NCBI GenBank assembly: GCA_045588245.1
Contig: JAZNDW010000012.1
Location: 31,403 to 95,402, forward strand
Source of the DNA: Eubacteriales bacterium
GTDB lineage: Bacteria > Bacillota > Clostridia > Oscillospirales > CAG-272
Direction: 5' to 3'
DNA length: 64,000 bases
Under the pieces are notes generated by a model, which was not told the origin of the DNA, made no database searches, and saw only the letters and a program-made list of their open reading frames with translations. Position 1 is the first letter of the stretch, and each line of letters starts with the position of its first letter. Shown piece after piece: positions 9,321-19,461 of this stretch. The translations under genes and the position numbers were made by a program.

Positions 9321-9814
9321 AAAAGCCAAAATTAAGAGCGCTCATCGAAAATGAGCAGGAGATAATAAACATACGCTGGCGGCACTTGCGTCTATTGCGC
9401 CGTGCCGTCATGGAAACGCTTCAATACGAAGGATTTACAAAAAACGCCGAGGTGTCGATCGTTTTGACGACGAACGAGGATATCCGAGAGATCAACAACG
9501 AATACCGCGGCATCGACTCGCCGACGGATGTGCTCTCATTTCCGCAGTTTGAGTCTGCGGACGAGTATCCCGACGTCGGTTACGTGCCGATAGGCGATAT
9601 TATAATTTCAGCCGAAAGAGCTGATTATCAGGCGCTCGTCTTCGGTCACAGCTTTGACCGCGAGCTTGCTTTTTTAGCCGTCCATTCAACGCTCCATTTG
9701 CTCGGCTATGACCACGTAAACAGTGAGGAAGAGGAAACCGTTATGCGCAATAAACAGCGCGACATTATGAAGCGACTCGGACTCACGGTAAACGAAAAAC
9801 GTAAAGATACGTAA
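9317..9814 (+). CDS. ybeY: rRNA maturation endoribonuclease YbeY
   Basis: HSTLHLLGYDH zinc motif. 4-nt overlap with phoH. Confidence 0.92.
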   Translation: MKKPKLRALIENEQEIINIRWRHLRLLRRAVMETLQYEGFTKNAEVSIVLTTNEDIREINNEYRGIDSPTDVLSFPQFESADEYPDVGYVPIGDIIISAERADYQALVFGHSFDRELAFLAVHSTLHLLGYDHVNSEEEETVMRNKQRDIMKRLGLTVNEKRKDT

Positions 9815-9861
9815 AACTCTATAAATTCGCCGCATACGGCGGTAAGAAAGGTAATAATGAT

Positions 9862-10755
9862 ATGAAAAAAACAGTATTTATCGCAATCGTAGGACGTCCC
9901 AACGTGGGCAAATCAACACTTCTCAACGCAATGCTCGGTGAGAAAGTGGCAATTGTTTCGAGTAAACCTCAGACAACGAGAAACAGGATCACGGGTATCC
10001 TGACAAGAGGAGAGGATCAGTTTGTGTTCCTTGACACTCCCGGCATTCACAATCCGAGAACGAAGCTTGGCGACTACATGGTGAAAAGCGCGGAAACTTC
10101 GATCGGCGACTGTGATGCCGCGATCCTTATTGCCGACGCGGACAAGCCCGCAGGCAACGTTGAGCTGACCGTTATCGAAAAGCTCAAAAAGGCAAAGCTC
10201 CCCGCAATATTGGTGCTCAACAAGATCGACCAGACAGACCCCGTGCGTCTTGCGGAAACGATCGCAAACTATGCGTCGCTTCATGAATTTCACGCCGTCG
10301 TTCCTACGTCGGCGCTCAAGGGGAAGAACGTCAGCGACGTTATTTCCGAAGCGGAGGCTTTCCTGCGCGAGGAGGATTGGTATTTCCCGGGTGATGAGCT
10401 TACCGACCAGACCGAGCGAAGCTACGCCGCCGAGGTTATACGCGAAAAGATGCTCCGTCTACTTTCAAAAGAGATACCTCACGGCACAGCCGTCGTGATC
10501 GAAGAATTTGTTGACGAGGAAACGCTCATCCGCATCCGTGCCGAGATCTACTGCGAAAAATCGACTCACAAAGGCATCATTGTCGGCAAAAACGGCGAGA
10601 TGCTGAAGCGTATCGGAACTTACGCACGCGAAGATCTTGAACGCTTCTTCGGCGTCAAGGTATTCTTAGATCTTTGGGTAAAGGTCAAGGACGGCTGGCG
10701 CGACAGAGGCGGATACCTGCGCGACTTCGGATACGATATTAAGAAACTGAAATAA
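9862..10755 (+). CDS. era: GTPase Era
   Basis: G1 GRPNVGKST, G3 DTPG, G4 NKID, and a C-terminal KH domain (KGIIVGKNGEMLKRIG). Confidence 0.95.
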   Translation: MKKTVFIAIVGRPNVGKSTLLNAMLGEKVAIVSSKPQTTRNRITGILTRGEDQFVFLDTPGIHNPRTKLGDYMVKSAETSIGDCDAAILIADADKPAGNVELTVIEKLKKAKLPAILVLNKIDQTDPVRLAETIANYASLHEFHAVVPTSALKGKNVSDVISEAEAFLREEDWYFPGDELTDQTERSYAAEVIREKMLRLLSKEIPHGTAVVIEEFVDEETLIRIRAEIYCEKSTHKGIIVGKNGEMLKRIGTYAREDLERFFGVKVFLDLWVKVKDGWRDRGGYLRDFGYDIKKLK

Positions 10756-11552
10756 TGGAAAAGCTGACCGCAAAAGGGCTTGTTATACGGGAACGTCAGT
10801 CGGGCGATAACGATAAGGTGATGACACTGCTCACCGCCGAGCACGGAAAGATGTTCGTCACGGGAAAGGGCGTTCGTTCGCTCAAGAATAAGAATATGAC
10901 GTCGTGTCAGCCGTTTGCGTATTCAACATTCGTGCTGACGAAGAACAAGAGCGGATTTTTTCACATCTCCGAATCCGACCTGCACGAAATGTTTTTCGGC
11001 ATCAGAACAGACCTTGACAGGATCGCGCTTGCCTCGTATATTTGTGAGCTTGCGGATCACTGTTCCGTTGAAGAAAACGATGAAACGGCACTGCTGCGCC
11101 TGACGCTCAATGCGCTGTATGCGCTTTCCGTCGGCAAAAAAACGCCGACGCAGATCAAAGCAGCGTATGAACTGCGCCTCGCGGCGATCCTCGGATTTGC
11201 TCCCGATCTTTCGGGCTGCGTGATGTGCTCCGCCGAAACTTCACCGATATATTATCTTGATATACTTGAAGGTGAGCTGTTATGCTCGGACTGCATTTCC
11301 CGACGCGGACACGAGGACAAATACGCTGACAGAGAAGGCGAGTGGACACGCCCGTTCATTACGGTCTCTCCGACGCTTCTCGGCGCGCTCGTTTATACGG
11401 TTACCGCAGACGTGGCAAAGCTGTTGTCATTCACGCTTCCCGAGCGCGAAATGGAGGAATATTCCGCGGCTTGCGAACGGTATTTGCTCCATCATCTCGG
11501 GCGCGGCTTTTCGACACTTGATTATTATAAACACTGTCAAACATTAAAATAA
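10755..11552 (+). CDS. recO: DNA repair protein RecO
   Basis: N-terminal OB-fold pattern (GLVIRERQSGDNDKVMTLLT), a C-terminal Cys4 cluster (CVMC...CSDC), and the conserved era-recO order. Confidence 0.85.
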   Translation: MEKLTAKGLVIRERQSGDNDKVMTLLTAEHGKMFVTGKGVRSLKNKNMTSCQPFAYSTFVLTKNKSGFFHISESDLHEMFFGIRTDLDRIALASYICELADHCSVEENDETALLRLTLNALYALSVGKKTPTQIKAAYELRLAAILGFAPDLSGCVMCSAETSPIYYLDILEGELLCSDCISRRGHEDKYADREGEWTRPFITVSPTLLGALVYTVTADVAKLLSFTLPEREMEEYSAACERYLLHHLGRGFSTLDYYKHCQTLK

Positions 11553-11553
11553 C

Positions 11554-13947
11554 ATGAGTTACACAGAAAAAACGATAAATACACTTGAATTTGATAAAAT
11601 ACTTGAGTTGCTTGCCGCTTGCGCGCCGACAGATGGCGCAAAGCAAAGAGCGCTCACCCTCATGCCGTCGGACGACGAGGTCGTCGTTCTGCGCCGTCAG
11701 CGCAGAACGGGCGATGCCAAGCGTCTTATGGGGTTGAAGGGAATGCCGTCATTCGGGCGCGTATCGGACATAAACGACACGGTAGAACGGGCAGAGAAGA
11801 GTGCGACGCTTTCGTGCCGTGAGCTTTTAGCCTGCGCCAACGTCATGCGTACGGCGCGTCACCTTTCCGATTATCTGCGCGGCGACAGAGTTTTTGAAAC
11901 GTCGCTTGACGAAATATTCGGTAGACTCTCGGGCAACCGACACCTTGAAACAAAGATCACACGCGCGATCATTTCCGAGGATATGATAGCCGACGAGGCA
12001 TCGTCGGAGCTTGCTGATATCCGTCGCAAGATGCGCGCCGCAAACTCAAAGATCCGCGACGTGCTTCAAAAGTACATCACAGGCGGCACATACGCAAAGT
12101 ATTTGCAGGAAAACATCGTGACGCAGCGCGGCGGTCGCTTCGTTATTCCCGTTAAGGCGGAGTATAAAAACGAAGTTTCGGGTCTCATTCACGATACGTC
12201 CGCTTCGGGCGCAACGGTTTTCATCGAACCGCTTGCCGTCGTTGATGCAAACAACGAGCTGCGCCTACTTGAGAGCAGAGAACAGCGCGAGATCGAACGC
12301 ATTTTAGCAGAGCTTTCGTCAGACGTTGCCGCCTCTGCACATACATTAAGACTCGATTACATGAATATCACGGAGCTTGCGTTTATTTTCGCATGCGCTG
12401 AGCTTTCGTACCGCATGGAAGCGATACAACCGAAGATAAACGGCGATGACCCCCGTGTCATCAGCCTGAAAAAAGCGCGTCATCCGCTCATCGACAAAAA
12501 GACGTGTGTTCCGATCACGGTCAGACTCGGCGAAGGCTTTGATACACTCGTTGTAACGGGACCGAACACGGGCGGTAAGACGGTCGCTCTGAAAACGCTT
12601 GGTCTGTTTGCGCTGATGGCGCAATCGGGACTTCACATACCCGCGTCCGACGACTCTGAGATCTGCATATTCGATGACATACTTGCCGACATCGGTGACG
12701 AGCAGAGCATTGAAATGTCCCTTTCAACGTTTTCCTCAAGTATGTCTAACATCATAAGCATCCTTGATAAAGTCAACGACCGATCCCTCGTCCTTTTTGA
12801 CGAGCTCGGAGCGGGTACTGACCCAGTTGAAGGAGCCGCGCTCGCCGTTGCTATAATCGAAGAGGTGCGTTCGCGCGGCGCACTCTGTGCGGCGACGACG
12901 CACTATGCCGAGCTGAAGGTGTACGCACTTAATACGGAAGGCGTTTCAAACGCCGCCTGCGAATTTGACGTAGAAACTCTGCGTCCGACGTACCGCCTCA
13001 TTATCGGTGCTCCCGGCAAGTCGAACGCTTTTGCAATTTCGACGCGGCTCGGACTATCACAGACGATAGTTGACCGCGCAGGCGAGCTTGTTAGCGGAGA
13101 GAACAAGAGCTTTGAGGACGTTATCGAAAAGCTCGAAGCCGAACGGCTCGCCATGGAGCGCGAGCGTGAAGAACAGCGCCGCTTGCGCGTTGAATACGAA
13201 CGCTTCAAAGCTAAAGCCGAAGCAAAGCTGAAAGAACAGCTTGACGGGGCAAAAGCTGAAGAAGAGCGCGCGGAAAAACGCGCACGCGATATCATCGCAA
13301 GCGCGAAAGCGTCAAGCGAATTTATCATGACGCAGATGGAAAAGGTCAAGCGCGAGCGCGAAAGCGAAAACCTCGGCAAATCAATGGCGGACGCAAAGCG
13401 CGCCATCAAGGCGCACCTGCGCGAAACGGAATCGATATACGAATCGCGTATGCCAGAGCCTGAGGAATATACGCCTCCGCGTGAATACAGACGCGGCGAC
13501 GACGTCCTGATTGCGGGCACGGGTGTCCGCGGCATTATCACGGACGGTCCAGACAAGTCGGGAAACGTCACGATCATGTCGAATAATATCACGACAAGGA
13601 CGAAGGTATCAAAGATCCGTTTTGCTCCCGAAAGCGATACCGTTACTTCGGCAGGCAAGACCGAAGCTGTGTCCACGTTCAAGGTACAGCGTGCGAGCCC
13701 GTCGTTCCGTCCCGAGCTTGACATTCGCGGCTACACGACAGACGACGGCTGGTTTGCCGTCGACAAATACCTTGACGAAGCGATGATGGCGGGGATTCAC
13801 ACAGTACGCATCATTCACGGCAAGGGAACGGGTGCGCTCCGACAGGCGCTGCACGGCTTTTTGCGGTCAGATCCGCGCGTATCATCTTACAGAATAGGCG
13901 CGTACGGTGAGGGAGATGCGGGCGTTACCGTAGTTGAGATTAAATAA
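11554..13947 (+). CDS. mutS2: endonuclease MutS2 (MutS domain + C-terminal Smr)
   Basis: Walker A GPNTGGKT, DELGAGTDP, a long coiled coil, and an Smr end (LDIRGYT...IIHGKGTGALR). Confidence 0.95.
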   Translation: MSYTEKTINTLEFDKILELLAACAPTDGAKQRALTLMPSDDEVVVLRRQRRTGDAKRLMGLKGMPSFGRVSDINDTVERAEKSATLSCRELLACANVMRTARHLSDYLRGDRVFETSLDEIFGRLSGNRHLETKITRAIISEDMIADEASSELADIRRKMRAANSKIRDVLQKYITGGTYAKYLQENIVTQRGGRFVIPVKAEYKNEVSGLIHDTSASGATVFIEPLAVVDANNELRLLESREQREIERILAELSSDVAASAHTLRLDYMNITELAFIFACAELSYRMEAIQPKINGDDPRVISLKKARHPLIDKKTCVPITVRLGEGFDTLVVTGPNTGGKTVALKTLGLFALMAQSGLHIPASDDSEICIFDDILADIGDEQSIEMSLSTFSSSMSNIISILDKVNDRSLVLFDELGAGTDPVEGAALAVAIIEEVRSRGALCAATTHYAELKVYALNTEGVSNAACEFDVETLRPTYRLIIGAPGKSNAFAISTRLGLSQTIVDRAGELVSGENKSFEDVIEKLEAERLAMEREREEQRRLRVEYERFKAKAEAKLKEQLDGAKAEEERAEKRARDIIASAKASSEFIMTQMEKVKRERESENLGKSMADAKRAIKAHLRETESIYESRMPEPEEYTPPREYRRGDDVLIAGTGVRGIITDGPDKSGNVTIMSNNITTRTKVSKIRFAPESDTVTSAGKTEAVSTFKVQRASPSFRPELDIRGYTTDDGWFAVDKYLDEAMMAGIHTVRIIHGKGTGALRQALHGFLRSDPRVSSYRIGAYGEGDAGVTVVEIK

Positions 13948-13988
13948 AATTATTATAAACTTCAAAGTAAAAAAGCGGAGGAATCATC

Positions 13989-14774
13989 ATGGCAGACAAG
14001 CTTTATCTCGGCGCACAGCTTTATACCGTGCGTGAAAAGACGAAAACGAGCACAGATTTTCTCAATACTGTCGAAAAGCTTTCCGAAATCGGATACCGTT
14101 ATATGCAGGTATCGGGTGTCGGCGCGGAGGTAACACCCGAGGTGATCGCAGAGGCGGTCAACACGTACGGTGTTAAATGTATACTTACTCATACGAATCT
14201 TCGCCGTATAATTGAGGATACGGACGCCGTCATCGCCGAGCACGACGTTTTCGGCTGCGACTGTATCGGAATCGGCGGTATTGCGAATATGTATCCGCAC
14301 ACGTCGGACGGATATGCCGCGTTTGCGCTCGATGTTGCCGAGGCTATCAATAAGATCAAAGCCGCAGGCAAAAAATTCCTTTATCATAACCACCGTTTTG
14401 AGTTTGAGCATTACGAAGATGGAAAGACGGGACTCGACATTCTCATGTCGATGACGGATCCCGAGGGCGTATATTTTACGTTTGATACGTACTGGTCGCA
14501 CGTTGCTGGCGTTGATCCGGCTGATTTCATCAGACGCCACGGTGAAAGGATCTATTGTCTGCACTTAAAGGATATGACGGTTAAAAACGATCAGCTCGTA
14601 ATGACGGAATGTCTGACGGGTAACCTCAATTTTGATTCGATCGTCGAAGCGTCGCTCCGAGCGGGCGTGCAGTATCACATGATCGAGCAGGATAACGTTT
14701 ATATTGATCTGTTTGACAGCATGAAGATCAGCCACGATAATCTGAAGGCGAAGTATCCCGTGTTCTGTGACTGA
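13989..14774 (+). CDS. sugar phosphate isomerase/epimerase (xylose-isomerase-like TIM barrel)
   Basis: 261 aa. Family-typical start (LGAQLYTVRE), YHNHxFEF and LHLKD metal-ligand strands. Confidence 0.7.
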   Translation: MADKLYLGAQLYTVREKTKTSTDFLNTVEKLSEIGYRYMQVSGVGAEVTPEVIAEAVNTYGVKCILTHTNLRRIIEDTDAVIAEHDVFGCDCIGIGGIANMYPHTSDGYAAFALDVAEAINKIKAAGKKFLYHNHRFEFEHYEDGKTGLDILMSMTDPEGVYFTFDTYWSHVAGVDPADFIRRHGERIYCLHLKDMTVKNDQLVMTECLTGNLNFDSIVEASLRAGVQYHMIEQDNVYIDLFDSMKISHDNLKAKYPVFCD

Positions 14775-14794
14775 AAGAATGGAGAAAAACTGAT

Positions 14795-15640
14795 ATGGCA
14801 AACTTTATTTTAAGCGCATTTGCAGATGAATATTCCCCTGAGTTTTGCGGTCAGATCGCAGGACTTACAAAGTTCGGGATCAATCATATCGAGCTTCGCG
14901 GACTTGACGGAAAAAACGTTTCCGTTATAACTCCCGAAGAAGCAAAAGAATATAAGCGTCAGCTTGACGCTGCGGGAATGAAGCTTTCCGCCGTCGGCTC
15001 ACCTCTCGGAAAGATATCGCTTGACGGCGATCTTGAAGCTCATTTTGAGCTGACTCGCCGCGTTTGCGAAACGGCAAACATAATGGAGTGCGGACGCATC
15101 CGTGCGTTCTCCTTCTATGACACCGCTGACCGACGCGGTGAGGTTATAGAAAACCTCGGCAAGATGATAGAGATATGTGAATCCGCAGGCGTGATTTTCT
15201 GCCACGAAAACGAAAAGGGCATCTACGGTGACACTCCTGAAAAATGCCTTGACATAAAAAAAGTGTTCGGCGACAGGATCGGTCTCGTTTTTGACCACGC
15301 GAACTTCATACAGTGTAAATGTGAGCCGTATCCGTCCGCATACGAGCTTTTGGGTGAGTACATAACGTATATGCACATAAAAGACGCAACCGAGGAGGGA
15401 ATGGTCGTTCCCGCCGGCGAGGGCATCGGACGCATCGCGGAAACGCTCCGCGAGATTGACCGCCGCGACGGCGATATGATCCTCACGCTTGAACCGCATC
15501 TGCGCGTTTTCTCCGGGCTTGATGCACTCGAGCATGGCGAAAAAACTAAAGTAAAAGGCTCTTACGCTACAGCAGAGGAGGCGTTCGCGGCAGCTGTTGA
15601 CGCTGCACGCGCCGCCGTTCTTTGGGCGAAGAATAACTGA
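14795..15640 (+). CDS. sugar phosphate isomerase/epimerase (xylose-isomerase-like TIM barrel), second paralog
   Basis: 281 aa. CHENEKG, FDHANF, MHIKD and LEPH strands typical of the fold. 20-nt gap to the previous gene. Confidence 0.7.
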   Translation: MANFILSAFADEYSPEFCGQIAGLTKFGINHIELRGLDGKNVSVITPEEAKEYKRQLDAAGMKLSAVGSPLGKISLDGDLEAHFELTRRVCETANIMECGRIRAFSFYDTADRRGEVIENLGKMIEICESAGVIFCHENEKGIYGDTPEKCLDIKKVFGDRIGLVFDHANFIQCKCEPYPSAYELLGEYITYMHIKDATEEGMVVPAGEGIGRIAETLREIDRRDGDMILTLEPHLRVFSGLDALEHGEKTKVKGSYATAEEAFAAAVDAARAAVLWAKNN

Positions 15641-15644
15641 GATT

Positions 15645-17135
15645 ATGAAAGATAACAAAGATTATAAAGTATTGGCAATGGATTTCGGCGCATCAAGCGG
15701 ACGCGGTATCGTTGGACACTATGATGGTGAGCACATTACGACGGAAGAGATCCACCGTTTTGAGAACAGACCCGTCACTCTTGCAGGCAGATTTAGCTGG
15801 GACCTGCCCGCACTTTATTCGGAAATACTCGCCGCACTCGGCAAGGCATGCCTTGGCGGCGGAGTATCTACAATAGGCATTGATACCTGGGGCGTCGATT
15901 ACGGTTACATAGATAAAAACGGGCATTTGCTTTCCAATCCGACACATTACCGTGACAGCAGAACGGAAAACATCCGCAAAGATTTCTTCAATATCGTTCC
16001 GTGGGAAGAGCTGTACGGTGTCACGGGCATTCAGGACATGCCTTTCAACACGATATATCAGCTCTACTGCGACCGTTTATTCGATACTCATTTAATAGAT
16101 GCGGCTGATAAGATGCTCTTCATGCCGAATCTTTTCGGTTATCTTTTGACGGGCATCAAAGCGACCGAATATACGATCGCTTCAACGGGCGCGATCCTTG
16201 ACGCGAAAAAACGCGCCATAACGTCGGAACTTCTTGAACGAATCGGCGTTCGGACGTCGCTTTTTGCTCCGCTTGTAAATCCGTCAACCGTGCTCGGCTC
16301 ACTCACAAAAGACATTCGTGAGTTAACGGGCGCGAGTGCGGACGTCAAGGTAGTCAACACCGCGTCGCACGATACGGCATCTGCCGTTATCGCCGTTCCC
16401 GCGGCGTCGGACGATTTCGTTTACATCAGCTCGGGCACGTGGAGCCTTTTCGGTACCGAAATGCGCGAGCCGATCATAAATGCGGATTCACTCAAGTATT
16501 CGTTCACGAACGAGGGCGGTGCCGACGGCACTATCCGCTTCCTCAAAAATATTGCGGGACTCTGGCTCTCACAGGAATCTCGCAGACAGTGGCGACGTGA
16601 GGGAACGACGTATTCATTTGACGAGCTTGCGGCGATGGCAAAAGCGGCAAAGCCGCTTGCATACATCATTGATCCCGATGACGCACGCTTCTCGCCTCCC
16701 GGCGATATGCCGCGACGCATCGCGGATTATTGCGAAGAAACGGGACAGGGCAGACCCGAAAATCCCGGACAGATCATTCGCTGTATCTTCGACTCACTCG
16801 CGCTTCGCTATCGCTTGAGCGTGGAACACATCAACGAGATAAGAGGTACGAAAGCTTCGTGCATTCATATCGTCGGCGGAGGAACGAAGGAAACCGATCT
16901 TTGTCAATTTGCGGCGGACGCTTGCGGTGTTCCCGTTTACGCAGGTCCTACTGAGGCGACAGCACTCGGAAATATTGCATCTCAGCTGATCGCTGCAGGC
17001 GAGATTGCGGATCTCAAAGAAGCACGTGCCGTCATTCGCGCGTCTACACCGATCAAAGAATATCAGCCCGATCTGCTCCAAAAGAGCGCGTGGGACGAAG
17101 CTTACGGACGCTTTTGTGAGCTTATATCAAAGTAA
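15645..17135 (+). CDS. rhaB: rhamnulokinase (FGGY family)
   Basis: LAMDFGASSGRGIVG...IHRFENRPV...GIDTWGVDYGYIDKNG...HYRDSRT is a RhaB-type pattern. Adjacent to rhaA. I chose the ATG at 15645 (MKDNKDYKVLAMDFG) over the track ORF start at 15597, which overlaps the previous gene. Confidence 0.8.
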   Translation: MKDNKDYKVLAMDFGASSGRGIVGHYDGEHITTEEIHRFENRPVTLAGRFSWDLPALYSEILAALGKACLGGGVSTIGIDTWGVDYGYIDKNGHLLSNPTHYRDSRTENIRKDFFNIVPWEELYGVTGIQDMPFNTIYQLYCDRLFDTHLIDAADKMLFMPNLFGYLLTGIKATEYTIASTGAILDAKKRAITSELLERIGVRTSLFAPLVNPSTVLGSLTKDIRELTGASADVKVVNTASHDTASAVIAVPAASDDFVYISSGTWSLFGTEMREPIINADSLKYSFTNEGGADGTIRFLKNIAGLWLSQESRRQWRREGTTYSFDELAAMAKAAKPLAYIIDPDDARFSPPGDMPRRIADYCEETGQGRPENPGQIIRCIFDSLALRYRLSVEHINEIRGTKASCIHIVGGGTKETDLCQFAADACGVPVYAGPTEATALGNIASQLIAAGEIADLKEARAVIRASTPIKEYQPDLLQKSAWDEAYGRFCELISK

Positions 17136-17158
17136 AATAAATCATAGGAGAAACTGTA

Positions 17159-18400
17159 ATGAGCATTGAAAACGCAAGAGAAGCTTATGCCAAATACGGT
17201 GTTGATATTAATGCCGCTATAAAACGGGTGAAGAAGATCCCCGTTTCGATGCACTGCTGGCAGGGCGACGACGTTCGCGGCTTTGAGAATCCGAACGGAG
17301 AGCTTACGGGCGGAATACAGACGACGGGCAACTATCCCGGACGTGCCGTTAACATCGATCAGCTCCGCGCCGATTTTGATATGGCATCGTCGCTCATTCC
17401 CGGCAAAAAACGCATTAATCTTCACGCTATTTATCTCGATAACAGAGGAGAGGACGTTGGCAGATGCGACATTGAGCCGAAGCATTTCGAATCCTGGATC
17501 ACCTGGGCGCGTGAGCGCGGACTTGGCGTGGATTTTAACCCCACGTGCTTTTCACATCCCATGAGCGATTCGGGCTTGACGCTCTCTTCTCCCGATAAAA
17601 CCGTCCGCGACTATTGGATCGAGCATTGTAAGCGTTCACGCGTGATCGCGGAACACATCGGCAAGTCGCTTGACGATACCGTTATCACGAACCATTGGGT
17701 GCCCGACGGATATAAAGATACACCCGCTGACCGATATGGTGCACGTGAGCGTTTGGCGCAGTCCCTGGACGAAATATTTGCTGTTGCTGTTGACGAAAAA
17801 TACAACAAGGACGCCGTTGAGGGCAAGGTATTCGGCATCGGAGCCGAAAGCTTTACGTCAGGATCAAACGATTTTTATCTTGGCTATGCCGTTTCGAGAA
17901 ATAAGCTTCTGACGCTTGACGCAGGTCACTTCCATCCGACCGAATTTATTTCCGATAAGATCAGCACGGCGCTGCTTTTCATGCCCGAGATTCTTTTGCA
18001 CGTCTCGCGTCCGGTCCGCTGGGACAGTGACCACGTCGTAACGTACGACGATGAGCTTCGCGCAATCGCCTGCGAGATCCTTCGCCGAGGTAACGAGAAC
18101 AGAGTACACATCGGACTTGACTTTTTCGACGCGTCCATCAACCGCATCGCGGCTTGGGTCATCGGCACGCGCAATATGCAGAAAGCGCTTCTTTATGCAG
18201 CGCTGGAGCCGTCAGAACTTTTGCGTAAATATGAAGTCGAGGGCGACTTCACATCCCGCCTTGTCGTTATGGAAGAGCTTAAAACGCTTCCTTTCCACGA
18301 CGTCTGGGCACGCTACTGTGAAGAAGAAAACGTTCCTGTCGGCGGTGAATGGCTCTCCGACGTCAAAGCATACGAACATAAGATTCTCACAGAGCGTTAA
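17159..18400 (+). CDS. rhaA: L-rhamnose isomerase
   Basis: The N-terminus AREAYAKYGVDINAAIKRVKKIPVSMHCWQGDDVRGFE and the overall 413-aa length match RhaA. Confidence 0.9.
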   Translation: MSIENAREAYAKYGVDINAAIKRVKKIPVSMHCWQGDDVRGFENPNGELTGGIQTTGNYPGRAVNIDQLRADFDMASSLIPGKKRINLHAIYLDNRGEDVGRCDIEPKHFESWITWARERGLGVDFNPTCFSHPMSDSGLTLSSPDKTVRDYWIEHCKRSRVIAEHIGKSLDDTVITNHWVPDGYKDTPADRYGARERLAQSLDEIFAVAVDEKYNKDAVEGKVFGIGAESFTSGSNDFYLGYAVSRNKLLTLDAGHFHPTEFISDKISTALLFMPEILLHVSRPVRWDSDHVVTYDDELRAIACEILRRGNENRVHIGLDFFDASINRIAAWVIGTRNMQKALLYAALEPSELLRKYEVEGDFTSRLVVMEELKTLPFHDVWARYCEEENVPVGGEWLSDVKAYEHKILTER

Positions 18401-18433
18401 ACCGTCCCATTATTTTTTCGAAGGAGGGCATAT

Positions 18434-19408
18434 ATGCTTGACAATTTAATATTCAGCGCAAACACGGTCCTCCCGTTGTGCTTTTTCGTTTTGATGGGAG
18501 CGCTTTTGCGTAAGAAAAAAGTATTTACGAGTGAGTTTTTCTCACAGGTGGACGCATTCGTGTTCAAGATCGCGTTGCCTTGTATGGTATTCATCGACGT
18601 TCTTGAATGTGACGTGTCACAGCTTACGGATTTCGGCTTGATCGGCTTCGCCGTCATCGGTGTAACGGCGACGGTGCTGATTTTATTCCTCACCGTGCCG
18701 CTTATAATCAAGGATAAGCGTCGGGCAGGCGCCGTGATCCAAGGCATCTACCGCTCAAATTTCGCCGTTCTCGGCGTGTCCCTTGCCGGAGGAATTGCAG
18801 GTGACGCAGGACTATCCGCCATGGCGGTTGTTATGCCGTTTGCGATCGTTTTGTTTAATGGATATGCCGTACTTACGCTTTCAGTTTTCGCTCCCGACGA
18901 AAAAAAGAAAACTCCCGCAGAGATTGCGAAAACGATTGCATTGAACGTTATCAAAAACCCCTTGATAATCGCAACGGTTTTTGCTTTGTTCTTTATTTTG
19001 CTGCGTGAAACGCTGTCGCTGCAGCTTCCGACGATCGTTACGGGAATAGCCGAAAGACTCTCCGACACGGTTTACGCCATGGCTCTCATCAGCCTCGGCG
19101 CGTCAATGACGCCCGAGAGCTTCAAAAACGGTAAACTGAAGATCGCAATTATCTCTTCGCTGATAAAGACCGTCGTTTTGCCGACAGTAGCCGTCACCGT
19201 CGCAGTGCTCCTCGGATTCACGGGTGCGCGTATTTGCGTTGTGTTCGTCCTTTTCGGTGCTCCCTCGGCAATATCGAGTTACATCATGGCGAAAAACATG
19301 AAGTCCGATGCGGAGCTTGCAGGTCAGATCCTGTTGATATCCACCGTAATGAGTCTTCTAACGATCTTCATCGGCGTGTTTATCATGAAAACACTAACAC
19401 TTATCTGA
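18434..19408 (+). CDS. AEC-family (auxin efflux carrier) permease
   Basis: About 10 TM segments. The N-terminus (NTVLPLCFFVLMGALLRKKKVF) and C-terminal half are typical of AEC transporters. Confidence 0.75.
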   Translation: MLDNLIFSANTVLPLCFFVLMGALLRKKKVFTSEFFSQVDAFVFKIALPCMVFIDVLECDVSQLTDFGLIGFAVIGVTATVLILFLTVPLIIKDKRRAGAVIQGIYRSNFAVLGVSLAGGIAGDAGLSAMAVVMPFAIVLFNGYAVLTLSVFAPDEKKKTPAEIAKTIALNVIKNPLIIATVFALFFILLRETLSLQLPTIVTGIAERLSDTVYAMALISLGASMTPESFKNGKLKIAIISSLIKTVVLPTVAVTVAVLLGFTGARICVVFVLFGAPSAISSYIMAKNMKSDAELAGQILLISTVMSLLTIFIGVFIMKTLTLI

Positions 19409-19413
19409 CAAAT

Positions 19414-19453
19414 AAAAAAAGCTTGCGGCTTTTATATGCCGCAAGCTTTTTTA
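19414..19453. terminator. bidirectional rho-independent terminator (end of the sugar operon and end of the GH43 gene)
   Basis: AGCTTGCGGC / GCCGCAAGCT stem flanked by an A-run and a T-run. Confidence 0.85.
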
Positions 19454-19461
19454 TTAAGTGA

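Noticed and set aside
12903-13724. 273-aa minus-strand ORF
   Set aside because: It is antisense to the coiled-coil region of mutS2. It is Ser/Arg-rich shadow-frame low complexity.
13962-15658. 200-aa and 219-aa minus-strand ORFs
   Set aside because: They are antisense to the two TIM-barrel isomerase genes and have no independent support.
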